A stretch of DNA of 64,000 nt from the NCBI GenBank assembly GCA_010093815.1, contig ML996568.1. One strand, 5' to 3'. The notes below the pieces were generated by a model, which was given only the letters and a program-made list of their open reading frames with translations, was not told the origin of the DNA and did not search any database. Position numbers and translations under genes: made by a program. How positions within the stretch are numbered: position 1 is the stretch's first letter; the number at the start of each line of letters is the position of its first letter. The stretch is from Pseudovirgaria hyperparasitica (Eukaryota). Shown here piece after piece: positions 25,056 to 37,800 of the stretch.

Positions 25056-25694
25056 TTACGTTGAAAATAGGTTATCACAGGCCAATTTACCTTTTCCTTG
25101 TTGCCGACCATATATAACCTTCCAGTCTGGTACTCGAAAAAAGCCGGGTTTATTCCCACAGTATTTGTTGATTTCGGTGAACATTGCTGCGAGGAATAGA
25201 GGGTGGCACGTCTGCCCATGTCCACTATCACATTGAAATGCAGTGGCCGCGCCGCTTGGGAAGTCCTTTCGCGGGCCCCATGCCCTTCTTCCGTGGCAAT
25301 CCTTAAGCTGATATTTTTGGACATTGTCTATATCCGGTTCTTGGAGCACACCTTCGTCTTCCCGGCATTCGACATAACCCCCCTTCATGCCGTTTGGTAG
25401 ATCGCCCTCTGGAATGGGGTAGCGCTTATTTGTTCGAGCGTTACCACCTGTATTTTCTTCGGGCTTGTATTTGATTTCAGTCGGACAAGTTACGTTTTTT
25501 TTCTCTTTCAACCAATTGTAATAATCGCGGCGGGCGTCGATATATTCGGACATGGTGGCGGGGGAATCAATTTCGGGGTCATAGTGGCCTAAAACCCCCA
25601 TGTATTGGAGCCAACCTGGCTCTTCGCAAACGCCATCGGCAATGACTACACCGGTGGTAATACCGATGATGACGAGGATGCTTGGAAGACGCAT
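25056..25694 (-). CDS. 212-aa secreted Cys-rich protein with a Kex2 site (NKR|YP); effector candidate
   Basis: Hydrophobic N-terminal signal (MRLPSILVIIGITTGVVIA), 8 Cys of which 6 follow the KR site, single exon, TATA-like TTTATA upstream near 25820. Confidence 0.75.
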   Translation of the reverse strand: MRLPSILVIIGITTGVVIADGVCEEPGWLQYMGVLGHYDPEIDSPATMSEYIDARRDYYNWLKEKKNVTCPTEIKYKPEENTGGNARTNKRYPIPEGDLPNGMKGGYVECREDEGVLQEPDIDNVQKYQLKDCHGRRAWGPRKDFPSGAATAFQCDSGHGQTCHPLFLAAMFTEINKYCGNKPGFFRVPDWKVIYGRQQGKGKLACDNLFST

Positions 25695-27626
25695 AGTGAT
25701 ATTGATGAGTTGGCGGTGTGTCGTTTCGCGGCCCTAACTTTCAACCAAAGGTAGACTTTTAGATACAGAGACGCACTGTATGCTAAACATCAGCCATTTT
25801 CGACTGACATACATTACTTTATAGGCCAGAAGTTGGTTGGTCTAGGCTTAGTATGACATACTCTGAAACCCTCCCCTAATCTGGGGTTCTATAGTAATTC
25901 GCGCAAGCTCAGGCACGGTACTTTTCGAAAGGTCATCGGCCGAATGTTATTAGATAAGAATATATATTTCTAATTATTAGCTATAACACATTGACTAGCA
26001 AAGTATTGGTTAGATTGTCTACCTAAGAGAAGAGCGCCAATCCGATTAGTCCAGTGTGTTTACTTGTTTCAAGGCTGATATCCAACAGTACCGCCAAGTA
26101 GTCCCGGACCACTCTTTCTAGGTGAGGGGCTTACGAACTCTTAACTATACCTGATTCTTTTTATAAGGTAAGTTTTTCAGGAGAATATAGATAAAAAGAC
26201 TCTATCTCTAAACTTTCAGTAAACAGTAGTGACTTTGTTTAGCTATAGGAGTGGTTGATGGTGTTAAATTTGGTGTGGTTTACGCGAGCGATCGGGGCTA
26301 CTTGGAGGTACTGTTGAACAGTTTTATAACCCTTCAACGTATGGCATGTCACATATTTGGAGCTCTCTCTTGCGTCCTTGACATTTGCGACGTCTGCAAG
26401 TACTCATGTATTGCGTACACACCATACCGCCTTCCAAGTAGCCTGCAAACCGCAGGCAGTGAGAGCCAGACTCAAGAGTACTCGCCATAGAGACGCGAGG
26501 ATCCCGGAGAGTACCCCGGATTGCGGGGGCGTTATTTCCTCTGTTTCGTCCTTGATTTGGAAGCTCTTGGTACGTGTATGGCTGTCATGGGGGTCACTGA
26601 TGTATCTGTGGACATATCAAGTTCTTACTGAATGGCCATCATTGACTTTGGCGGGATGGTTGTTGCATGGATGCAACTTGACAAGAAATTTTGATCAGAG
26701 AGGGCGGAAGGCAAGGACGCAAGGAAACCATCTGAGATTGAGTCAAGGATAGAGGTGGCCTGATCAACAAATATTTTACGAGGAAACAAGCAGGACTCTG
26801 CTTTGCGAGTGCGGGAGATGAAGTTAAAGCGTTCAGTGCACCTACAACTGCGGCCTTACCTGGTAGGATTGTTGTTGGCACGTTCGATTAAAGAATCGAA
26901 GAATCTTTGGAGTGAATGACAGCGTGATCGTGTTGACTGAACGGAGTGCAGCATGTCGTACATTGACGCGGCGACTGTCACCGTCACGGTCTTAGCAGCG
27001 CTTGGTATTTGGTTCCAAGAGTGTGCGGATATGTCGCTCGTATCATATGAGAAGGGCACGGCCAGCATGAGAGTCACAGCTTTGCACGGCGCTCCCACAG
27101 CATAATAATGAAAGGAGTCCTGCAGTGCCTCAGATCACTTCGAAGGCCCGACGGACGACTTAAGAGAGAATGTCAAGCCATCGCCCCGCGGCTGTTCTAT
27201 GAATAACCACTTACGCTTACAGAGAAGATGGCTCAATGAAGGCAGCTTGTTTTACTGTTGCGTCGTGGTGCCAGAGTGGTCTGAGCGGGCAGCTACATAA
27301 CTAGTAACTACAGCTACTTATCCATGCATGGGAATAATAATAGCAGCCCAACAGGCCTCGGAAACCAGTCTATATTAAGATCCCGGCACGAAACGTGCAT
27401 GACATGTGCGTAGTAGAAACCCTATTAAGAGGCGAGTATTTCTTGCCTTTTGCCTTTTGCCTTTCACCTTTCACTCTAGGCCCTCTTTAGGACTTGCTCA
27501 ACACAACCATTCCAACACAGTTTTATGGTAATATCGACCCAGTCACGTCATCAACATTCCCTGCACAGAAGGACGCAAGCACCATCATGCACGAACGGGG
27601 GTGCAACTTCTGGGTCCGTACGATGG

Positions 27627-27646
27627 GATGAGATGAGATGAGATGA
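27627..27646. repeat. (GATGA)4 microsatellite
   Basis: Directly visible: gatgagatgagatgagatga. Confidence 0.8.
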
Positions 27647-29443
27647 GGAAAGCTGAGAGGGACGTACCGGTAGGATTGCAGGCGCAGTCGCCCGGGCAGT
27701 CGCCTCGCAGCATTCTCGTGTCTGCATTCTATACGAACTGGACGAGGAATGGAACATTAGGATTGGTGTTCTCGCAGGGCCATGCAACATTGCAAATATA
27801 AACCTGCTGAAGACTGACCGTGGGAGCGGTAGAGGTCTTAGGTCTTAGGCTCTTACGGCGTATTAATAGTTTAGTGATGCAACGTGGTGGACAGAAGTCC
27901 GCAGATCCCGGTACAGGATTGTCATTACCTGCCGTCGAGCCGCGTTGTTGAAATTCTGCTAACAACGCATCTCCCTAATAATATCAGTCTTGGGCCACTA
28001 GAAAGCCATCGGAGTGAATCCGTCGGAGACTTCGCATTGGCGGCAACATCATAACTTGCATGCGCGTGGCTGTTCAATGTTATAGGTCCGCTGCAGGTGC
28101 AAAGATTATGTGCATAAGCCGAATGCGGCTGCAATGTTGGATGAAGCATGAGCGTCTACAGTCAGCGCGAGGGAAGGAAAAGGGCCTTACAGTAAGTTCG
28201 GCACTTATTAGTCTGGGTAAGTAGGTAGTGTATTGCCAAGGAGGAAGCTAGAGCTGGCGGCGTTGACGAGAATCCTAGGGAAGAGACCAGGAAGAGGCAG
28301 AAGAACGAACTTTATGATTACAGGAGTGCGGCGAGATGGAAGAAAAGAGACAAAAACTGATAGGGAGGTTAGAGAAGAAAGGAAATGGGTGAGGCACAGG
28401 TTGTTACGTACATTCGGGTTTGGTATTTTACACAACGGAATGGCAGTCAATACCATACGGACCCGATGAGAAAACCACTAATTTGAATATGGTTGATTGC
28501 AATCATAACATGGGAGGAACGGGTTTGATAGATCAAGCTCGTCTATAAATCAGAAAAATGAGTACTTATAACACTCGCTGCCAACGTAAGTAAAGCAAGT
28601 ACATTTTATCAACTTTTGTCCAGAACCCTGAGCCCCGGCGGGAACTGCATGCAGCTTGGATCACGATGAGGCACGTGACGATCTAGCTCACATACATTCA
28701 GGGAGATGTTCGGCCCTACTCATAACCACAGGCATCACAATATGATCGCATTCACGTCGTTCCAAGGCAATATCGATACCATCAATGGACTCATCGCGCA
28801 GGCGACTTCTGCTCGTAAAGCCACATTTCCAGCCTGCGTATATCCTCCCGCTCAGTTGCGTTGTTGGCCACCGCCTGTTTGCGCTGCCGCCATATTGCTT
28901 CTTCTTATTCGCCCTCCGTATCCAAAATCAATAACGTGGTGCGATCTGCCTGCATACGCCTACTACAGTATGATTGTTTCCTCATAGCGCGCGGAGCCAA
29001 CAGATGCTTATTCCTTAAGCGCGGCGAATCGGCCCTATACCTTACCTAGTGGAGCATAAGCCTTACATTTGATGTTTGCTATTGGCCATCCCTATTGGCC
29101 CAGTTGGTAGACCAACAAACCTCAAACATGCGGCTTGGATAGATCCATCATGGCAACCTGGGGGGCCCCCCGTCGGAACCATGACCAGTTCAGGCAAAAG
29201 AGTCATGGTGAGATGATACCGTCGCTCTTCGCGCCAAGGCTGTCCGCATTCAGCCTTCTCTGAACCGCCCCAAATCACAGCCGCCTATCGTGGATCCATA
29301 CCACGGGGTTAACCCTTGGTAGCATTACCTCGTTCATTCATAAAGCCTATCATTCCCGTCGTTATGCCAAGTCTTTAACCTTCTTCGACTCTGCTTTGGT
29401 GCTCACAATACCACACATTCGTTTTTCATTTTTTTCGTTCAAC

Positions 29444-32209
29444 ATGTTATTTCAAAGTCACTCGCTACTACTTTTCTCCTCCTTAATCCCGGCCGCATTT
29501 CCCCTAGGTCTTCAAATTGGTCGCGATAATTGGAAGATCATTGCGGACAGCCAGCACGCTGGCAACGAAGCACAGAAGGCCATCGATGGGTAAATAGGAT
29601 ATCTACTTCTATAGTCGTGACTCCCAAGACTGATATAGGTTAGCGACCGTAACACTTTTTGGCACTCGGAATACGCCCCGAACGCCCCCCTTCCGCATAA
29701 TGTTGTAGTCGATATGGGCGAATTTCATCTCGTCGACGGCATCAGTATTTTACCTCGACAAGACAATTTCAATAATGGAAACATTGGTCAGCATTTAGTG
29801 CAACTAAGCGGTGATGGAAAGACATGGGGTCGCCCGGTAGCTTTGGGTCAATATCGTAATGACAAAGGTGTGAAAGAGACATCGTTTGTAAGGAAGGTCG
29901 CACGTTATGTCAAGATTACCGCTGTTACCGAAGCGCAAAACGCGCAGAATCCCTGGACTAGCATTGCCGAATTGAATATCCACCAAGTTGCAGATCCCTT
30001 CATCAACAGTCAAGGCTTTACATTCACAGCAGACAGCGAGGAAACTGCTCGGGAGAACGGTCGTGCTTCAAACCTCAACGACAATCTACCATATACCATT
30101 GTACGTTCCCAAATGTACGTCTGGAGATAAATGCACTGACCTCAGCTCAAGTGGCACACAAACTGGAGCGGCAACGCTCCTGCTCATCCCCACTACCTCA
30201 CCATCAATCAGAATAAGCGCGGTCTAGTTGGCGGTATCCAGTATGTCCCTCGCCAGGGTATTGGCGCTATCAACCAGCCAGAGAATGGCAGAATTGGCAG
30301 ATATCGCATTGAATCGAGCAACGACGGCCAGAATTGGAACACAGTCAAGACAGGCACATGGGCTGACGACGACACAAACAAGGCGGCCTTCTGGCCGGCT
30401 ATTAATGTGCAATATATCCGCTTGGTTGCTTTGAGCGAAGCGGGCAATCGTGGTCCATGGACTTCGGCTGGTGATGTTCAATTAATGTTTGGCAGCTCGC
30501 TCGCCGATCACAAAGCTCCCAGTGCCAGTCTTGGTGTGTGGTCCCACACTGTTGATTTCCCCTTGGTGCCTGCCGCTGCTGCCAATCTTTACGACGGAGC
30601 TGCTGATGAGATCCTTGTTTGGTCTGCGTTCGCAAATGTAAGTACTCAACAGTGCTCGACCTACACATACTGACGTATGCAGGACCAATTCTTCCAGTTC
30701 AACCAAGGAAAAACTCAAGTCACAATTTACAATAGCACTGATTCCTCTATGACGCCCCAAGAGATCGCCAACACCCAGCATGACATGTTCTGTCCCGGTC
30801 TGAGCATGGACAGTACCGGACGTTTCATCGTGACTGGCGGGAACGATGCCGCCAAGACGAGCATCTACGATCCTCGCACCAACCAATGGCAGAAAGGTGC
30901 CGAGATGAATGTTCCTCGTGGCTACCAATCGTCAGCTACTCTTAGTAACGGAAATGTATTCACGCTTGGTGGTTCGTGGAGTGGAGGACATGAGGTTGAC
31001 AAGGACGGTGAGGTCTACAATATCAAGAGCAATACGTGGACCAAGCTTCCGGGCGCCAGGGTCGCACCGACCATGACACACGATCATGGGGGCCGCTACC
31101 GCTCGGACAATCACCAGTGGTTCTTCGCGTGGAGTAATGGCAACATCTTGCATGCTGGTCCCTCTGCTGCCATGAACTGGATCGGCACATCTGGGCAAGG
31201 TAGCATTAACGGTGCAGGTAATCGGGCGCAAGATGGCGACAGCATGAATGGTATTGCAGCTATGTACGACGCGCCTGCCGGGAAGATCTTGACTGCCGGT
31301 GGTGCAGCAAACTACCAAGGCGACAATGCCCACGCACGCGCGCATATCATTACCATTAATGGCGTGGGCAAGAATCCGAGCGTTCAGCGCATTGGAGACA
31401 TGAAGAATGCGCGTGGCTTCCACACCAGCGTCGTGCTTCCAGACGGAACTGTAATTGTTCTTGGCGGTCAGACCCATGTTGAGCCCTTCACCGACACTTA
31501 CGCCGTAACTACCCCTGAGCTGTTCAACCCACGCGATAATAGCTGGACTGTGCTAAACTCCAACGCCGTACCACGTACCTACCACTCTACATCATTGCTT
31601 CTCAAGGATGGCAGCATTTTCAGTGCAGGTGGCGGGCTGTGTGGCAACTGCGCCACTAACCACTTTGATGGAGAAGTGTTCTTACCCCCATACTTGGTGA
31701 ATTCAGACGGTACTACCAAGACGCGTCCGGTCATCACGTCTATCAACGGTGACAGCTTCGCCGTCGGAAGCCAGATCCAGATCAAGACCGACTCTGCTGT
31801 CACCAGCATCGCCCTCATGCGCCTCGGCTCCGTTACCCACACTGTCAACACGGACCAGCGCCGCATCCCCTTCACCGTCTCCGGTACCTCGCAAACCATC
31901 ACCATCCCTAACGATCCTGGTGTCGCACTGCCCGGCTACTACTACGTCTTCGCCCTCAATGCTGCCGGTGTACCGTCTATTGCGCGCGTCGTCCAGATCA
32001 CATTCACCCAACAAGCTGCCGCTTCGTCTGAAACGCTGCCAACCCTACAGGTCTTGCACACGATGCCCGAGCCGGCTCCCGAGACGTCCATTACTGACTT
32101 CTTGAACGTCACAATGTTGACAGATCTGTTGCCGCCACTGGACGATAGCCTCACGCACTTGACTTCGATTTTTAAGGATGTGTTCGACAAGAGAGAGGGG
32201 CAAGAGTGA
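29444..32209 (+). CDS. Secreted copper-radical oxidase, galactose oxidase type (CAZy AA5_2), with two tandem F5/8-type C (CBM32) domains; exons 29444-29589, 29644-30100, 30152-30637, 30683-32209
   Basis: Signal peptide, then two discoidin modules (AIDG|DRNTFWHS...LPRQD...WTSIAEL and TI|WHTNW...YVPRQ...WTSAGDV). The kelch catalytic domain has HDMFCPG (Cys of the Tyr-Cys cofactor), RGYQSS (Tyr), GGSWSGG, YRSDNH, RTYHS and THT, matching the Fusarium galactose oxidase ligands. All three introns are canonical. Confidence 0.93.
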
Positions 32210-34870
32210 ATCTGGGTGCATGCGTCGTAGTGAGCTGTACTAGACAAATATAATAATTTAGACGTTGGACAATGGGAATGATAATATAGGGCGAGTGGGG
32301 GCGCATTTTTTTGCAAAGAGGTAAAATTGCATGTAACGCCGTTTTCAACACATCTTTTACACACGCATGTCGAACGGGAGATAAGAACCTGGCGATTTCC
32401 GGTTTATCCCCATAATACATAGGCAAGGAGGAGCCGGATGCGAGGCCCTCATTTTATTCTCATACCATATCATCATCACTAACGACTTTTCTTACATGTG
32501 TATCAAGCATTCTTTGTGGTTTCTTGGGCTTTTTTCCACATGTCATACGCATATCGCTCATGTGACCCCTACACTCGTATATCTTTCAGGATTTGTAGTG
32601 TATAATTGAACTAGAAGGATTTAGGACGGTGTTGGGAAGCGATGTTCGTCTTAGTAACTAGGCATACTAAATTGATCATAAGATGGTTTTAATAATGCCG
32701 TTTGTGTGCGTAGTGTAGTTGGGCCTGTTCACTTCTGTCATGCTAGCGTCGGAGACTTGGACTCCGTATGGATGTATGCGTGGTGTTTATGAGCCGCGAC
32801 AGCCGCCTATAGTGGAATTTACCAACGGAACGAGGCGTTGCGTGCTAGACTAGAGCTAATGAAAGTGAACCGGTACAACCTGTCATAGAAACAGGCTCTT
32901 CGTTATGTGTATACGGAAGTGGTATGTGAACGCGCCGTTGTATTGGTGGTGTGCCCAGCCTTATCACGCTGACCTCTTAGAGAACATCAGAGAATCCAGT
33001 GCTCTCACTCACGTTCAGCATACACATGCCCATTTTGGCATGTTCTCCCAGAAACTACTTATTCAGGAACAAACACACAACTCCAGACAGATACAACAGC
33101 GGTCTGGACAGACACCAGAAGGTCGATTAAACAGCCATACATATAGCACTATAGCGCTGCCTCCAGTTCCAGATGTATCAGCGTGCCCTTTGTCCTGCAT
33201 AGCGATGTAGAATATGCTCATATAGAGTTGCCAAGAAACCTATAAACTGACAGGAAGATACGTTCAGTGTGATGTTGAATCGCTGTCCTTCTCATGCTCC
33301 TCGTCTGCTTACATCGATTATTGGCGCAGCGATTGCGCTCGAGAAACTATGGATCAGGACTGCCTAGAGTACGCACAGCACGCACCACCGGCTTTTGTAA
33401 CTCGCGGCATTCGCAACCTCGCCGCACGATCGGACGCCGAGTTGTAATCAAATGTGGAATGGTGGCTGGGAGCATGGTCGGTATTTAGTCAGGCACAGAA
33501 CGCCGAGATGTTTGAGGTCTACACAGTCAGCGCTTATTATGTTTGAGCTTTGTGATCCAAAACCCGCTGTCGCTTTAGGTGGGATACTTGCTTAGTGGGC
33601 GTGTCGGCGTGCGGTGTGGGCGTGGCACCGCATTGGTCGACGATGTATGTTGTATAGAGCTCTCATGTTGCTTTCTAAGTGAAATTATTAGCATTTTTAT
33701 CACGGTCCGACTTCATGCAGGGAACAATGTGATCTTCATGTCTGCTGTGGCGTACACGGCGTTTTGACCATATCAGTATTATGGGAGATTACTGTATGAG
33801 AACAATTGTGCCTTCTTGGAAGCAAAGCATCCTTGTCTGAATTAAACTGAGTAATCGGGGTCGGATGTTGACAATCAAATCCCGGAGTGCGCCATGGATC
33901 CGTGGAAGGTGTACGCTAGTGAGACTGTTATACGGGGAGTCCATGAACCTGGTTCTCTCGGGCATAGAAAGAGACGGGACATGTATGTTCTTTGTAGGTA
34001 TTACTCCCTCTGATATATGATATGACCGCAGCAGGTCATTGTGCACCTGCAGCTTCGCAAGAGAGTAGTCGAGATTCGTGATATTACTAGTAATTGATTA
34101 GATCATTGTGGTCCAGGAAGAGCTTGGCCTGAGTTGAGTCTGCGAATCGACAATAACTCATGCTGACCGGGAGCCAAGTCTAACCAAGAAGGATTGGAAA
34201 CGTGGGATCTCCTGGCGATGGTACAAATCTATTCTAAAAGATGATGATCGTGATATTTGGGCTAAGAAAAGCATGGATCCTTGATATGTGTCTACGCCCC
34301 CGAGCCTTGTAAGTTCCAGGCACGGGCTGCGTCATCGAGCTCGCCCAACTGAGAAGACACGGGTCCCCAAAAGCCGTCAAACACCGATTCGAAGTCATAT
34401 TGCGCCCAATCGCCTACAGGATGTAGCGCGAAATGCGCTTGGCAATCCATCCCTCCAGCGTGTTGGTCGCTGGGATTACCGATGTTTGGGACAATCTCGA
34501 TCCACAGCAATGGTCAAGGCTGAGTGGGTCGCAGTCCAGACTGCAAACACCGAGAGATACGTGAGCGGGTCCCTAGCATGCCAGAGATCTGCGCAAGGTG
34601 ATGACTGCATGTCGTGTTATGTTGCTGTACCTGAGAATGGCTTCTTATACCTGTCATTCGCACCATTCCTTTGGTGGTGTGCCGCAAGTTTTACGACCTT
34701 GTTTAAGAACCAGGTCTCGAACTACTTGGTCTAGTCCTCAAACTCTGCTCTATTCCCAAGACCGGGTTAATCGTAGACGCCAAGCGACATCACGCGACAT
34801 CATACTTATGTTCTGATTTACGATAACATATCTACTGCCGCTATTTCATCGATCAGGCCGTCGATCCACC

Positions 34871-37800
34871 ATGGAGCCTGAACATGATGTTTCGTCAGAA
34901 GACGAAGAGAAGTCGGGATCTTTGGACAACGAGATACACATTCCAAGGTTGCATCTGCAACCTCAACAACTTGGGGTGACTTGGACGAACTTGACCGTCA
35001 AAGGAGTCTCCGCAGATTCAACTATCAACGAGAACGTCTTCTCCCAATTCAATTCTGTACAGCAGTTCAAAGAGAGCCGCAAACCTTCTCCTTTGAAGAC
35101 AATCATAGACTCGTCCCATGGACATGTCAAGCCCGGTCAGATGTTGCTTGTGGTGGGAAGACCAGGAGCAGGATGCACAACATTGCTCAAAATGCTGTCG
35201 AATAGGCGAAACGGTTATAAGAGCATCGAAGGGGAGGTGTCTTTTGGTTCTATGGATCATAAAGAAGCCAGTAATTATCCAGGACAGATAGTGATGAGCT
35301 CAGAAGAGGAAGTGTTCTTTCCCACATTAACCGTAGGCTTATCGACTGGAGTACGACACACATATGCTAACATATCTAGGTGAGCCAAACGATGGACTTT
35401 GCCACGAGGATGAAGATACCTACCCAGATTCCAGATGGTCAAACCCCTGAAGAGTACAGACTGACCCAACGAGACCACATCCTCAAACTTTTAGGCATTG
35501 ACCATACTCTGTCAACTAAAGTAGGAAACGAATTCATACGAGGCGTTAGTGGAGGCGAACGAAAGCGAGTGTCTATTGCCGAATGTCTCGCGACCCGCGG
35601 AAGTATATTCTGTATGGATAACTCAATTCGTGGTCTTGACGCCAGCACAGCGCTCGAGTTCACTCGTGCCCTTCGCGCCCTTACAGATATCCTAGGCCTA
35701 ACAACAATTTGCACATTCTACCAGGCCGGCAACGGCATCTTCAATCTATTTGATCAAGTCCTCGTACTGGACCATGGCAAACAGATATTCTATGGACCTC
35801 GTGAGCAAGCGGTTCCTTTCATGCAAGATCTTGGATTCTACTTCGAACCCTCCGCGAATATTGGCGACTCACTCGCAGGCGTCACTATTCCCTCGCAAAG
35901 AATGATCAGAAAGGGGTACGAAGATCGTTTCCCGCGGACAGCTGAGGAGATCAGGGCGGCATATGAGAAGTCCGACATCAAGAAAGAAATGGAGTCCACA
36001 TACAAGTATCCTGGATCTCAAAACGCAACTCAGGTCACCCAGGCCTTTAAGGAGAACGTCCTCTCCGAAAAGCACAAGTCAGTGCCGAAGACTTCTGGTC
36101 TGACTGTGGCCTTCTTAACCCAAGTCAAACACTGTACAGCTCGACAGTACCAGATCTTATGGGGTGACAAACCTACATTGTTCATCAAGCAAGTTTCCAT
36201 ATTGATCCAGGCTCTCCTGACTGGCTCACTCTTCTACAGTGCAAGTGCGGATTCTACTGGTCTGTTCATCAAAGGGGGTGCTATCTTCCTTGCAGCCCTG
36301 TATCCTGCCTTATTAGCTATGTCGGAAACGACTGATTCCTTCACTGGGCGTCCTGTCCTCGCCAAACATCGCGAGTTCGCCTTCTACCATCCAGCGGCAT
36401 TTTGTATCGCCCAAATAGCTGCTGATATTCCGGTATTGCTCGTTCTCCTGACTCATTTCTCGTTGATACTGTACTTCATGGTTGGCTTGAAAATGACCGC
36501 TGGTGCTTTCTTCACCTTCTACTTTTGCCTCATTGCGACATCATTAGCTTTCGCTTCCTTCTTCCGATTCATCGGTGCAGCGTTCCCTAATTTCGAAGCT
36601 GCCTCAAAAGTCTCCGGATTTGCTATCGCAGCAATCGCCACATACGCTGGATATATGATACAAAAGCCGCAAATGCATCCTTGGTTTGTCTGGATCTTTT
36701 GGATGTAAGATTACTATTGCTGTCCAGTCATAGTTCCAAGCGATGCCATGCTAACCGTTGACAGAAATCCAATGTCGTATGCCTTCGATGCACTGCTGTC
36801 GAATGAATTTCGTGGTCAAAACATCGATTGTGCTGGCCCCAACCTTGTACCATTAGGACAGTCCTACACCGATAAGGCCAATCAGGCTTGCACAGGTATT
36901 CGAGGTGCTCCAATCGGGGCGACATCTCTGACTGGAGACGAATATCTGGGAAGCTTGTCCTTCAACCCTGATCGTATCTGGGGCAACATTGGCGTTGTTT
37001 TAGCGTGGTGGGTTTTTTATACCGTCTTGACTATTGTCTTCACTTCCCGTTGGAAGTCGGCATCAGACGGTGGCCGCAGTCTCTTGGTACCGCGAGAGAC
37101 AGTCCATCTTGTACGAGAGAGACGGACTGGGGAAGACATCGAGTCTCAGGCTCAGGAGAAGGAGTTGGCAGGTAGCTCAACAGACTCTTCCGCTGTACCA
37201 TCATCAGCGAATTCGCTCAACAAACAGCTCTTACAGAACAAATCTGTTTTCACTTGGAAGAATCTGTCGTATACCGTCAACACCCCAGACGGCGAACGCA
37301 AGCTCCTTGACGATGTGTACGGATGGGTAAAACCGGGTATGCTTGGTGCGCTTATGGGCTCATCTGGAGCTGGTAAGACGACCTTAATGGACGTGCTTGC
37401 TCAACGCAAGACAGACGGAAAGATCACTGGCTCAATTCTCGTCGATGGACGAGAATTATCCCTGTCATTTCAAAGGTCCGCTGGCTACTGTGAACAGCTC
37501 GATGTCCATGAACGCATGTCTACCGTACGTGAGTCTCTCGAGTTTGCGGCACTGCTACGTCAGTCGCGCGACACACCAGACGCAGACAAAATACGCTACG
37601 TCGATTCTATAATCGATTTACTTGAGCTTCATGACATCGAACACACGCTGATCGGTCGTCCTGGGAATGGACTGAGTGTCGAGCAGCGCAAGAGAGTGAC
37701 CATTGGAGTCGAACTTGTCTCCAAGCCGGAGATCCTTATCTTTCTCGACGAACCCACCTCTGGTCTCGACGGCCAAGCGGCCTTTGGTATCGTACGCTTT

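Noticed and set aside
27980..28056. Box C/D snoRNA-like segment on the minus strand (ATGATGT ... CTGA)
   Set aside because: Box C is imperfect, there is no clear terminal stem, and I could not match the guide to an rRNA sequence from memory.
29155..29372. CreA (CTGGGG) and PacC (GCCAAG) sites and a GGGGGGCCCCCC palindrome upstream of the galactose oxidase
   Set aside because: Six-base motifs occur frequently by chance; no conservation data to support function.
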